Program-made: the position numbers and the translations under genes | Shown here: piece after piece, positions 46,542 through 56,394 of the stretch | Numbering within the stretch: the first letter of the stretch is position 1 | Layout: each line of letters begins with the position of its first letter | Source of the DNA: a virus | Virus record (IMG/VR): IMGVR_UViG_3300027742_000010 | Location: 3,318 to 67,317 of that record | DNA length: 64,000 nt | Direction: 5' to 3' (one strand) | Notes under the pieces: generated by a model | What the model was told of the DNA's origin: nothing | The model's database searches: none | Seen by the model: the letters and a program-made list of their open reading frames with translations, nothing else

Positions 46542-49500
46542 AAAAACAAAACATTTTCAGAATGATATAGGTGTAGAAGGAATTGTTGCGAATGGGTCAA
46601 TCGGTGCTCCTGGAAATGCTTTACTTTCAGACGGTGTAAAGACGTATTGGGGGCCAGGCGCTGGATTTACTGGTTCTAAAGGCGAAACTGGTGACTTTGG
46701 CGGGGCCTCATTCGATTACGCTTTCAACACAACAATTACGAACACTGATCCTGGCACCGGATTCCTCAAATTTAATAATTCAAATTTAACTCTTGCTACA
46801 AATCTTTATATCGACGACGAAGACGATAGTTCAGCAGATATTCAACAATATTTAAGAACAATCGACGATAGTACATCTACCATTAAAGGTCACTTTAAAG
46901 TTAGTATTAAAGCTGACCCGTCTCAATTCGTCATCTATACCATATCTTCCCTGGTTGAGAATGCAGGATATTTCGATGTAACGTGTTCATATATTGATGG
47001 TAGCACTACTTCATTCGCGAACAATTCTGACATAATCATTACGTTTGCTAGAACTGGTGATAAGGGTGAAATTGGTTTTACTGGATCTCAAGGTGTAATC
47101 GGATTTACTGGTTCTAAAGGTGATATTGGATCACAAGGTGTAATTGGCTTTACTGGCTCTGCTTCGACTGCTGTTGGTCCAACTGGTTTTACTGGTTCTA
47201 AAGGTGATATTGGTTTCACTGGATCGACTGGCCCAATTGCTGGAACTAATTCACAAGTAATATATAACAACGGCGGAGTTGCGGGAGGTGCTGCGGGTCT
47301 ACTATATGACGACGTTAATAGTCGAGTTGCCGTTAACTTAACGTTCGCAAATGCACCATTAGAAGTTGGTGCATCTGCTACTACGTCCTCAAACATCGCG
47401 TATTTTAGCAATTCTTCTGGTTCACAAAAAGCAATAATAAGATTGGATGCTCAAGGAGACGGCGAGCTTGTATTAAGAGACGCGGGCAATAATGAAGATG
47501 TTCTATTATCTGCGGGCGGTGACAGTTATTTAAATGGCGGCAATGTAGGCATCGGAACATCTAATCCCATTGACCTTCTACATGTAAGATCGGGTGATAC
47601 TGGACGCTTATGGGCAACAAATTCTAGAACTATTGCGGTAATTGAGGGCACTACCTCGAGCGGTACTGTTCTCTCTATCATATCTCCAGATACAGGTTAT
47701 AGTGGCATTTTCTTCGGTGATGATGCAGAAGAAAATACTGGTCAAATACAGTATGATCACGCGACAAACCAAATGAGATTCATTACGAATTCAACTGAAA
47801 AACTCCGCATCGGTGCGGCTGGTGGTGTTACTGCTCTTAATGGGCCCGGTACTATTGCTAATGCGACATGGGATAATGGTTGGTTAAAGGTTGGGACGAA
47901 CACTGCCGGTTGGAGTATGGACCCTAATGAGTTATATTCTGCAGGAGCTGCGACTATTGGGTCACTGTCAGGTTCTCTAGCTATAAGAACTAATGATGCT
48001 AGTAACCTCAACATATCTACTAACAGTACAATCCGCACCACAATCTCTGGTGCTGGTTTAATTACTGTAAGCGGTAATATGGTAATGTCTGGCGCTTCGT
48101 TTACTCCAGAACGCATCATACCAACAAACTTAACTGACTTCAATAGTGCTATAACAACACCAAATACTGTTCAGTTCATAAGAGGCCCATTCCAAACAAT
48201 TAATAGACCGCCAGATGCAAACTGGCACACTGGCATACATCTTAGACACCCATCAACGGCCGATTATTCTACTCAGATTATGGCAGGTTCCAGTTTACAG
48301 AATCAACTGTGGCTTAGAAATAATGTCAATGGCACGTGGGAAGCTTGGGCTGAAATTTACCATGACGACTATCATCCTATAGCCGATGCTTTAACGACCG
48401 CACGAGATATAGAACTTAGTGGTGATGTTACTGGTACTGCTTCGTTCGATGGTTCGGCAGACATTAATATAGTTACATCTTTAGACAGTAACTATATTCC
48501 ACTTACCACCGGAGGCACATATGATATCAACAGCGCATTGGCCTCAGGTGCGTATATAGGTTCCACTGCAAATTTTGTTAACCGAGGACCATCGAGTAGT
48601 AATGCAGGCGGTCTATTAACATTTAACACCCACCCCGGCGATTATTACAGTCAGTTTTGGTTCAATACGAGCGGTGGAGCAACATATATACGTCATGCGG
48701 CCAACGTGTTGCCAACTGGAACATGGCAAAGATTGTATGCAGATGACTATCACCCAGAGGCAGATGCCGTTGGTGGAATTCCAGCAGCTCAGATCCCATA
48801 TGCCACTGGCGGAATATATGGTAGTACTAACACAGCGCCGTCTAGTGGTGGGATCGGTGCAGATGCCATACGTCGAAGCATGTTCTTCAGAGATAGAAAT
48901 GAAGAATTTACATCACTAGGCTTACATATACAGCATGCATCACACACCGATTACGCATTTCAATTTGGTGTAGAAAGTTATACTTCCGCCAGCGGAAATA
49001 TCAGCGCGCGATTATTAAATAATGGCACATGGGAAACACCAGTCAACCTTATTGACAATGGGGCGTCAGCACAGACAAAGACGGGGAACTTTACTGCCGC
49101 TAGACTCACCGCGTCTTCTGGATCTCTAGTATTATCAGGCGCATTAGCTAGGGCAGATTTTAGAGAAACAGATCAGGCAGTCGACGAAAAGAACTGGAGT
49201 TGGTTAGTAGACGACTCTAACATGGCGTTAAGGTTATATAATGATGCATTAACGAGTTATACTGGGCCCATTAAAATTGATAGAAATGGCACCACGTCTG
49301 ATCTTATAACGCTGTCGCCTGATACTTTAATGTTAGACACCGATATATTAATTCCGTCAACTGGCTCTATGTATAAAGTTAACACTTCCCAACATGGATA
49401 TGTCGCCCAACCAACTGGGGGCTTCCTCAACGGTCCAGTTAATACGGTAGGAGCTATTAAAATATCACTCCCTGTTCATGGTCCAACTGATATGTTATCA

Positions 49501-51561
49501 TTTTGGGTAGATATATACGATTATACTGCAGGAGAATCTATATCTATTTTTGTGAGCGGGCATGTATATCAAACTACTGGAAATATTGAATGGATTCATC
49601 CAACTGTAACAATTCTTAGTAGCTTTGATAGTAGTAAAGATTATACAGTCCGCTTTGGTGGCGACGGCACTAATAACTGTATTTGGATTGGGGAATTAGA
49701 TTCGACGTGGGAATATCCACAAGTCCTAGTTAGAGATGTTCAATGCGGATCTACCGCTACGGCTGAACATTATTCTAAAGGTTGGGCCGTAGCGGTAGTA
49801 ACGGCTTTTGATACCGTTGGTCGTATAGTCTCAAACAATTTCCCAGTTGCGCAAAAACTTGGTGTTGCGCGAAATATTGCATTATCTGGAGACGTTACTG
49901 GCTCTGCATCCTTTGATGGATCAGGAGATATTAGCATAATATCAGACGTTTCGAACATTACTGGTCCTTTGACCGTAGATGGCACAATTACCGGTTCTAC
50001 ACTCACTGCGTCCGATGCTGATGTTGGTCTTAATCTTAAGGCGGGCGACACGTATTCTGTCTTTGCTGGAGATCAAATTAGGTTTGGATATAACGGAACA
50101 GATGATTATCGTCATTCTATAGGAACACGTCATTCATCTAGCACGAAGATTTATAATGCCATAGACTTTTATCTGTGGGACTATGGAACAGATGCCGCGG
50201 CATCTGTAGGTACATATAAAGTGCTTACTCTGGACCAAACTAGTAGTGTTTTAGATTCTCCTTTTACTATAGTGACACAATCATCGACTATTGGAGGGAC
50301 GTCTTGGAATAATGGTTGGCTCAAAATTGGATCAGCAGTCGCTGGTTGGGCAATCGATTCGAATGAGATTTATGGCGCAGCCGCAGCAACTATTGGAACA
50401 ATTACTGGTCAACTTGATATTAAGACAGTTGACACGAGCAATCTTGTATTATCCACTAACAACACTTCCAGAATGTTTATCAATGGCACTACCGGATATG
50501 TCGGTATTGGTTCTACTACGTCCACTCCAGAAGGCCAATTGCAGATTATTAGCACAGCTGCAGGTACTGACAATTTCTGGGTTAAAAATAGTAAAGCAGA
50601 ATGGGATCTAAAGATTGTTGAGAAAAATTCCGGTACTGCCAATCTCCCACTATTTTCCCTTGGTCTATATTATCAGAACACTACATCACAATGTGAAATC
50701 CTATTTGAACGTGGTAGTGGATCTACCGATGGTGAGATGTCATTTAGTACTAACGGTACCGAAAGAATGCGTATAGATGATAAAGGCAGAGTTGGTATTG
50801 GTGTATTAGACCCGCAAACAGACCTAGACGTGGATGGAGAAATTAAAACAACCGGATTAATTACTGCTACTGGTGGAGTCACTTTAGGTTCAGGAGCTGA
50901 TCTTACTCTACAAGGTTTAGGGGCTCTACTACAACACACTAATGTGAGCAGTAGAGACAAACTTCGAGTTTGGAATACAAGTACATACACTATTGGTATG
51001 CAGAATTTCTTTAACTTTGGAGGTCTTACTAATAATTTTGCTATGACGTTTCAAATGAGTGATACTGATGGTCGCGGATTTTGGTGGGGTGATACTACAC
51101 ACACTCAAGGGCAAGGCGCCATGTCCGTAACGACGAATGGTAAATTGACGGTCGCGCATTCTATAAGAGTTGGGTTCGGTGAGTCTGATACAACTACACC
51201 AGGTACAACTCACGATTTAGAGGTTAGTGGTACTGCTTCAGTAGATGGTGGTATTGAGGTAGGATATCGTGCAATCCCAAGGTCTACTACGACTACTACA
51301 GTTGCGGTTGGAGATAATGGTAAATGTATAGCACTCACTAGTAATATAACGGTTCCTGCTAGCACATTTTCTGCAGGAGATGCGGTGACTTTATATAATA
51401 ATGGAGCTACTTCTCTCACGATTACCCAAGGTACTGGTCTCACATTAAGATTAGCCGGCTCGGCAACTACAGGCAATAGAACCTTAGTACAACGTGGCTT
51501 ATGTACACTTTGGTTTAATTCGGCAACTGAAGCAATAATTTCTGGCGCAGGTCTAGCATAA
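46534..51561 (+). CDS. long mosaic tail fibre protein
   Basis: GFTGS collagen stretch, GNVGIGT trimer motifs, LSGDVTG.ASFDGS x2, knob-like W..W..IY.DDYHP x2 and a duplicated WxNGWLK module. Confidence 0.85.
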   Translation: MVKKTKHFQNDIGVEGIVANGSIGAPGNALLSDGVKTYWGPGAGFTGSKGETGDFGGASFDYAFNTTITNTDPGTGFLKFNNSNLTLATNLYIDDEDDSSADIQQYLRTIDDSTSTIKGHFKVSIKADPSQFVIYTISSLVENAGYFDVTCSYIDGSTTSFANNSDIIITFARTGDKGEIGFTGSQGVIGFTGSKGDIGSQGVIGFTGSASTAVGPTGFTGSKGDIGFTGSTGPIAGTNSQVIYNNGGVAGGAAGLLYDDVNSRVAVNLTFANAPLEVGASATTSSNIAYFSNSSGSQKAIIRLDAQGDGELVLRDAGNNEDVLLSAGGDSYLNGGNVGIGTSNPIDLLHVRSGDTGRLWATNSRTIAVIEGTTSSGTVLSIISPDTGYSGIFFGDDAEENTGQIQYDHATNQMRFITNSTEKLRIGAAGGVTALNGPGTIANATWDNGWLKVGTNTAGWSMDPNELYSAGAATIGSLSGSLAIRTNDASNLNISTNSTIRTTISGAGLITVSGNMVMSGASFTPERIIPTNLTDFNSAITTPNTVQFIRGPFQTINRPPDANWHTGIHLRHPSTADYSTQIMAGSSLQNQLWLRNNVNGTWEAWAEIYHDDYHPIADALTTARDIELSGDVTGTASFDGSADINIVTSLDSNYIPLTTGGTYDINSALASGAYIGSTANFVNRGPSSSNAGGLLTFNTHPGDYYSQFWFNTSGGATYIRHAANVLPTGTWQRLYADDYHPEADAVGGIPAAQIPYATGGIYGSTNTAPSSGGIGADAIRRSMFFRDRNEEFTSLGLHIQHASHTDYAFQFGVESYTSASGNISARLLNNGTWETPVNLIDNGASAQTKTGNFTAARLTASSGSLVLSGALARADFRETDQAVDEKNWSWLVDDSNMALRLYNDALTSYTGPIKIDRNGTTSDLITLSPDTLMLDTDILIPSTGSMYKVNTSQHGYVAQPTGGFLNGPVNTVGAIKISLPVHGPTDMLSFWVDIYDYTAGESISIFVSGHVYQTTGNIEWIHPTVTILSSFDSSKDYTVRFGGDGTNNCIWIGELDSTWEYPQVLVRDVQCGSTATAEHYSKGWAVAVVTAFDTVGRIVSNNFPVAQKLGVARNIALSGDVTGSASFDGSGDISIISDVSNITGPLTVDGTITGSTLTASDADVGLNLKAGDTYSVFAGDQIRFGYNGTDDYRHSIGTRHSSSTKIYNAIDFYLWDYGTDAAASVGTYKVLTLDQTSSVLDSPFTIVTQSSTIGGTSWNNGWLKIGSAVAGWAIDSNEIYGAAAATIGTITGQLDIKTVDTSNLVLSTNNTSRMFINGTTGYVGIGSTTSTPEGQLQIISTAAGTDNFWVKNSKAEWDLKIVEKNSGTANLPLFSLGLYYQNTTSQCEILFERGSGSTDGEMSFSTNGTERMRIDDKGRVGIGVLDPQTDLDVDGEIKTTGLITATGGVTLGSGADLTLQGLGALLQHTNVSSRDKLRVWNTSTYTIGMQNFFNFGGLTNNFAMTFQMSDTDGRGFWWGDTTHTQGQGAMSVTTNGKLTVAHSIRVGFGESDTTTPGTTHDLEVSGTASVDGGIEVGYRAIPRSTTTTTVAVGDNGKCIALTSNITVPASTFSAGDAVTLYNNGATSLTITQGTGLTLRLAGSATTGNRTLVQRGLCTLWFNSATEAIISGAGLA

Positions 51562-51968
51562 TGGGTATACAACAAGCACTATTTGCGGTCACATCAGGGG
51601 AAATAATTATAGTTCCTAATTTTGATGCTGTTAGTATAGTGTCGCAACCGCCTGCCGAAGCTATATATGAATTAGATCACAGAGGGGCTTCTTCAATAAC
51701 ATCAGTGGACCCATCGCCTGATTGGGTTATCCCGGCGCCGCCGGACGATTCGAGTATTTATGAAGTCCGAGCTACAGTACAGAGTGGTACAAATCCCACT
51801 GGTGATAACCTAGGAGTTTGGTTATCGCTACAGAGTACGAGAAAATGGATACTAGAGCAAAATCAACAAGGAACAACAACCGCTAACGTATTTATTGAAA
51901 TACGAGCGACCGGTGGTTCGGTACTAGATAGTGCATATGTAAATATCACAGCAACACTAACAGCATAG
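51561..51968 (+). CDS. putative fibre tip/adhesin or assembly protein
   Basis: 135 aa, TAATG-coupled to the fibre; resembles 40933-41352. Confidence 0.55.
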   Translation: MGIQQALFAVTSGEIIIVPNFDAVSIVSQPPAEAIYELDHRGASSITSVDPSPDWVIPAPPDDSSIYEVRATVQSGTNPTGDNLGVWLSLQSTRKWILEQNQQGTTTANVFIEIRATGGSVLDSAYVNITATLTA

Positions 51969-51994
51969 TAATATAAATAAATCATGGAGGCAAT

Positions 51995-52231
51995 ATGGCA
52001 ACGCATAATATTACAATCACATATCCCGACGGGCAAGCTTCAACTATTTTAGATGCTATTAAAGGTCATATGGCATTTGATAGTGGTTTGGACGCAGGGA
52101 CAATCACGAATGCTGAAGCACTAGCCTTCATCGACGACGAGACTAGAAATTTAATAAGACGGATCGTCAAGAACAGAATTCAATACGAAGCATCTGTTGT
52201 CGCTCAACAGACACCAGTAGATATTACTTAA
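51995..52231 (+). CDS. hypothetical protein
   Basis: 78 aa; TATAAATA at 51972-51979 and GGAGG SD. Confidence 0.7.
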   Translation: MATHNITITYPDGQASTILDAIKGHMAFDSGLDAGTITNAEALAFIDDETRNLIRRIVKNRIQYEASVVAQQTPVDIT

Positions 52232-52243
52232 TGGAGAAAATTA

Positions 52244-52423
52244 ATGGAAAATGAAAATATTACTCTTACACTTAGTGTAAATGATGCGAACTTAGTTTTG
52301 CAGGCACTACAAGAACTACCTTATAGGGTTTCAAATAAACTAATTGAAAACATTCAAGCTCAAGGTTCTCAACAAATACAACCGCAGACACAAACCGCTT
52401 CGGACGAAGACTCGCAGGAATAA
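52244..52423 (+). CDS. small hypothetical protein (possible fibre chaperone)
   Basis: 59-aa ORF MENENITLTLSVNDANLVLQALQELPYRVSNKLIENIQAQ... with GGAG SD; below the ORF track cutoff. Confidence 0.6.
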   Translation: MENENITLTLSVNDANLVLQALQELPYRVSNKLIENIQAQGSQQIQPQTQTASDEDSQE

Positions 52424-52479
52424 AGAACTGCATAGGTAATTTTCCATTTATAAATAATTAAAAAGGTGGAGAATTACTT

Positions 52480-53223
52480 ATGGCAATTCCAAAGTCGAGA
52501 GAAGAGTTTAAGGAATATTGCTTAAGAGCTCTAGGTAAGGGCACGATTAGTATCGAAGTTACCGAAGAGCAGATTGATGATCGTATTGACGAATCTCTTA
52601 AGTTTTATTGGGACTATCACTTTGACGGTACAGCTGAAGTCTATTATCGACATCAGGTATCAGAATCAGATAGAATTAATGGATACATCACACTTCCTGA
52701 AAATATTCTGGGAGCAGTAGAAGTATTTCCATTAGGTGATCCTTCTATTAGCTCTAATGATCTCTTCAACATTCAATATCAGATCGCATTGAATGATCTC
52801 TATACATTAACGTCAGTTTCTCTGTTGCCATATTATATGACAATGGAGCATTTGTCACTTATTAAAGAGATTTTGGTTGGACGTATTGCGTTGAGATATG
52901 AAAGACATAAGAACTGTCTGCATCTTGATATGGATTGGGGGAAAGTCAGAGCTGACCAATTCCTAATGGTAAAAGCTTATCAAGTAATTGATCCTGACGT
53001 GTATTCTGATGTTTGGGGTGATAGGTGGTTACAGAACTATACTACTCAAAAGATTAAATATCAGTGGGCATCGCATCTAACCAAATATACTAATGCTAAC
53101 CTTGCAGGTTCTATACAAGTAAACGGTGAAAGAATGCTTAATGATTCTGAAACTAAAATTAAAGAGTTAGAAGATGAAATGATCGTCAGTTATTCCTTAC
53201 CTGTTACTGACATGGTGGGGTGA
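52480..53223 (+). CDS. 13: neck protein (gp13-like)
   Basis: LRALG...IEVTEEQIDDRIDE.L.FYWDYHFDG; TATAAATA at 52449-52456. Confidence 0.93.
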   Translation: MAIPKSREEFKEYCLRALGKGTISIEVTEEQIDDRIDESLKFYWDYHFDGTAEVYYRHQVSESDRINGYITLPENILGAVEVFPLGDPSISSNDLFNIQYQIALNDLYTLTSVSLLPYYMTMEHLSLIKEILVGRIALRYERHKNCLHLDMDWGKVRADQFLMVKAYQVIDPDVYSDVWGDRWLQNYTTQKIKYQWASHLTKYTNANLAGSIQVNGERMLNDSETKIKELEDEMIVSYSLPVTDMVG

Positions 53224-53262
53224 ATTACATAGTTTTATAAATACTTTCGAAAGGAATTATTT

Positions 53263-53982
53263 ATGGAAAAATATGGATTCGTTTATATTTGGAGAGATAG
53301 AAAGCATAAAAGATATTATATTGGATCCCATTGGGGAACCGAGGATGATGGTTATATCTGCTCATCTTCTTGGATGAAGCAGGCCTATGATATTAGAGAA
53401 AAAGATTTTAAGAGAAAAATTTTATCTAGACACTTTGATAGAAAAAGTATGATCGAAGAAGAAAATAGACTATTATCTAAAATTAAAGATGAAGAGGTTG
53501 GTAAAAAGTATTATAACTTCAGAAACCAATCTTTTGGACACTGGTCTATAGATAAGGACTTAAGAGAAACAACAAAAGAAAGAATCTCTAATGCTACTAA
53601 AGAAGCAATGAAGAGACCTGATGTACGTAAAAATTATGAAGAAGGACTAAAAACTAGAGATTGCAGATCATCAGATGAAGACGTTAGAAAAAAACGATCA
53701 AAATCTATGAAAAAAACTATGGCATTAAAGTTTCCAATTGAAAATAGACGAAAAAAATTAACTGAAGAAGAAAGAAAAGAGTATTATTCAAATAAAGCTA
53801 AAGACAATTGGTCTAAACCAGGATTTAAAGAAAAGGTTGGTAAAACAATAAGCGAGAGTCTTAAAGCTTCAAAAGAAAGTAGATCAAAACAAATGTCAAG
53901 TCTAAAATGGTACAATAACGGAAGTCAAAATGTTAGAAGAAAAGAGCATCCCGGCAATGAGTGGGTATTAGGTAGAGTTTAA
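53263..53982 (+). CDS. free-standing GIY-YIG (Seg-like) homing endonuclease
   Basis: GFVYIW...YYIGSH...DDGYICSS...YYN; own late promoter TATAAATA at 53236-53243; inserted between gp13 and gp14. Confidence 0.88.
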   Translation: MEKYGFVYIWRDRKHKRYYIGSHWGTEDDGYICSSSWMKQAYDIREKDFKRKILSRHFDRKSMIEEENRLLSKIKDEEVGKKYYNFRNQSFGHWSIDKDLRETTKERISNATKEAMKRPDVRKNYEEGLKTRDCRSSDEDVRKKRSKSMKKTMALKFPIENRRKKLTEEERKEYYSNKAKDNWSKPGFKEKVGKTISESLKASKESRSKQMSSLKWYNNGSQNVRRKEHPGNEWVLGRV

Positions 53983-54704
53983 TGTTCAATCTTGGATTTG
54001 ATTTTTATAACAACCAAAACGAGAAAAATCTTCTCAATGATTTAATGTCCGAAAGTGTAAGCATTTACGGACACGATATCTATTACTTACCGAGAGAACT
54101 AATTAATAAAGACGACATTTATGGCGAAGATACAGTCTCAGAATATAATGAGAATTACTTCCTAAGAATGTACATCCGGTCTTATGATAATTTTCAAGGC
54201 GACGGATCATTCCTGTCTAAATTTAATCTTGAAATTCGTGATCAAATGGTTTTCACTGTTTCACAGCGAGATATTAACGATCAACTAAATGTTGAAGGAA
54301 ATATTCGTAGACCACAAGAAGGCGATTTAATCTACTCAACAATGATGAAGAGAATATTTGTCGTAGAGTATGTTAATAAAGAAGCGCTGTTCTATCAGCT
54401 CGGTGATCTCCAAGCGTATGATCTTACATGTGAAGTTTGGGAATACTCTAATGAGAAGCTGCGCACTGGTATCGAGGAAATCGATCGCTTAGAAGAAAAA
54501 TATTCATTCGACATCGAAGAGCAAGGTTTCCTTACTGCGGATGACTTTATCATTTTAGATTCAAATGGATTTGGGTTTATAAATGACGAGTTCGATTATG
54601 ATACACAGTTACTAGACGTCTTCGCTGACAACGATGAAATATCTGAAGAGGCAGTTCCAATCGTAGATTGGTCAGAAACAAATCCTTTCCAAGATCCAAT
54701 TTGA
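53982..54704 (+). CDS. 14: neck protein (gp14-like)
   Basis: E.VSIYG.DIYYLPR, LSKFNLEIRDQ, RPQEGDLIY and FYQLG. Confidence 0.92.
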   Translation: MFNLGFDFYNNQNEKNLLNDLMSESVSIYGHDIYYLPRELINKDDIYGEDTVSEYNENYFLRMYIRSYDNFQGDGSFLSKFNLEIRDQMVFTVSQRDINDQLNVEGNIRRPQEGDLIYSTMMKRIFVVEYVNKEALFYQLGDLQAYDLTCEVWEYSNEKLRTGIEEIDRLEEKYSFDIEEQGFLTADDFIILDSNGFGFINDEFDYDTQLLDVFADNDEISEEAVPIVDWSETNPFQDPI

Positions 54705-54720
54705 TGAGAGGGACTTAATA

Positions 54721-55542
54721 ATGTTTGGTCAAGTTTATTCAAACAGAGCAATTAGAAAATATGTAATCTTTTTTGGTTCACTCTTCGATAACGTTTTCGT
54801 TACAAGAGATGCGCCCGATGGTTCTCGCGAGCAGACGATGAAAGTCCCTCTAAATTATGGACCCACTGAAAAGTTTTTGGCAAGACTTGAAGGTAATCCT
54901 GATCTTGATAGGGAAGTGGCTCTTCAGTTGCCGAGAATGTCGTTCGACATTACAAATATGTACTACGATTCTCAGCGCAAGCTCGCATCAACAAGGCGCA
55001 TCGTGTGTCCTGATCCTGAAGGCGGGGAAGGTGTCACATATAATTATGTTCCTCAACCATATAATATTGAATTTAGTTTACACATTATGACAAAGAGTCT
55101 AGAGGACCGTTATAGAATCGTCGAAAGCATTTTGCCTTTCTTCGGTCCTGATTTTACGGGGACTCTTACTTTGGCAAATGAAGTTAAGTATGATATTCCA
55201 GTCGTATTGAACGGAATCGACAGTTCAGATACTTTTGAAGGACCGTTTGAACAGAGACGAGCATTAATTTCAACACTTAACTTTACACTAAAAGGCTATG
55301 TCTTTGGGCCAACACGATCAGATGGTCGCGGTCTCATTAGACAAGCTGAAGTTAACGTTAAGATTCCCGAAACGTTTGCAACACTTGATCAAAATTTACC
55401 AAATGTTGTTGAAGTTGTTGTAACGCCGGGACTTACATCAAATGGAGAGCCGACAAGTAATTCGGCATTAACTATCGATAAGAGTCTAATAGGACCAGAC
55501 GATAATTATGCATACATTGTCGACATAACAGAAAACTTATGA
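54721..55542 (+). CDS. 15: tail sheath stabilizer/terminator (gp15-like)
   Basis: IRKYVIFFGSLFDN, KVPLNYGP.EKFLARL, LPRMSF, PQPYNIEF.L and ESILPFF.P. Confidence 0.94.
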   Translation: MFGQVYSNRAIRKYVIFFGSLFDNVFVTRDAPDGSREQTMKVPLNYGPTEKFLARLEGNPDLDREVALQLPRMSFDITNMYYDSQRKLASTRRIVCPDPEGGEGVTYNYVPQPYNIEFSLHIMTKSLEDRYRIVESILPFFGPDFTGTLTLANEVKYDIPVVLNGIDSSDTFEGPFEQRRALISTLNFTLKGYVFGPTRSDGRGLIRQAEVNVKIPETFATLDQNLPNVVEVVVTPGLTSNGEPTSNSALTIDKSLIGPDDNYAYIVDITENL

Positions 55543-55991
55543 GTAAAGAATTAGAAAAGGCGTTAGATTTACAGCCTGACGAAGATGGAACATACAGAGT
55601 TCCCACAATAAAAGAAGATAAAGAAATCATCGAAACTGATGATAATACCGACGCAGAGAAGATAGAAAATGACTTCGATCTCGGTCGTGACTCGTTGCAC
55701 GATTTAATTGAAAAGAGCGAAGAGGTTATTGAAGATATGATGTCCATTGCGAGACAATCTCAACATCCTACCGCATACGCAACTTTAAATCAGATGTTAA
55801 AAACACAAGCAGATTTACATAAGGACTTAATGTCCATGCATTCTAAAAAGAAAAATCTTCTTAAGAATGGCAGAGAAAACAAAAAGACTGAAACAGAAGG
55901 TGAAACTACTACCAATCAAAACATCTTTGTAGGAACAACGGCTGAATTTGCGGCACTAGTTGATCAGTTGAAGGAGAACAAAGATGGATAA
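55539..55991 (+). CDS. 16: terminase small subunit (gp16-like)
   Basis: DFDLGRD.L..LI, A.QSQHP.AY and NQNIFVGTTAEF. Confidence 0.9.
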   Translation: MSKELEKALDLQPDEDGTYRVPTIKEDKEIIETDDNTDAEKIENDFDLGRDSLHDLIEKSEEVIEDMMSIARQSQHPTAYATLNQMLKTQADLHKDLMSMHSKKKNLLKNGRENKKTETEGETTTNQNIFVGTTAEFAALVDQLKENKDG

Positions 55992-56394
55992 TGACGAACT
56001 GTACGATGACTATAATGACAGAGGATATTTAGGAAATCCCAATCTCAAGAGACCGAGACAGTCTGTCCATTGGTCAGAAGAGCAAAAGGCTGAATGGATT
56101 AAGTGCGCACTGAACCCAATCTATTTTTCTGAAAAGTATATTCAGGTCGTCCACGTGGATCATGGGTTTATTCCTATTAAACTCTACGATTATCAAAAGG
56201 AGATTGTAGATTCTATTAGTACAGGTCGTCGAGTTGCCGTATGTACATCCAGACAGGCTGGAAAGTGCGTTAAAGATTCAACAACTATAAATATTAGGAA
56301 TAAAAATACTGGCGAAATCCAACAAATTGCAATAGGCGATTTTTATGAAATGCAAAAGAAACATTCTCAAAATGAGAATAACGAAGAGAAGTGA
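55984..56394 (+). CDS. 17: terminase large subunit part 1 (extein 1, 94 aa) + split intein N-fragment 1 (42 aa)
   Basis: YLGNPNLK...LYDYQKE...SRQAGK|CVKDSTTI. Confidence 0.92.
   Translation: MDNDELYDDYNDRGYLGNPNLKRPRQSVHWSEEQKAEWIKCALNPIYFSEKYIQVVHVDHGFIPIKLYDYQKEIVDSISTGRRVAVCTSRQAGKCVKDSTTINIRNKNTGEIQQIAIGDFYEMQKKHSQNENNEEK

Noticed and set aside
9097-51575. Numerous antisense and alternate-frame ORFs in the ORF track (for example 37845-38489, 20130-20501, 40068-40696)
   Set aside because: They are shadows of codon bias in well-supported genes on the other strand or frame; no SD or motifs.
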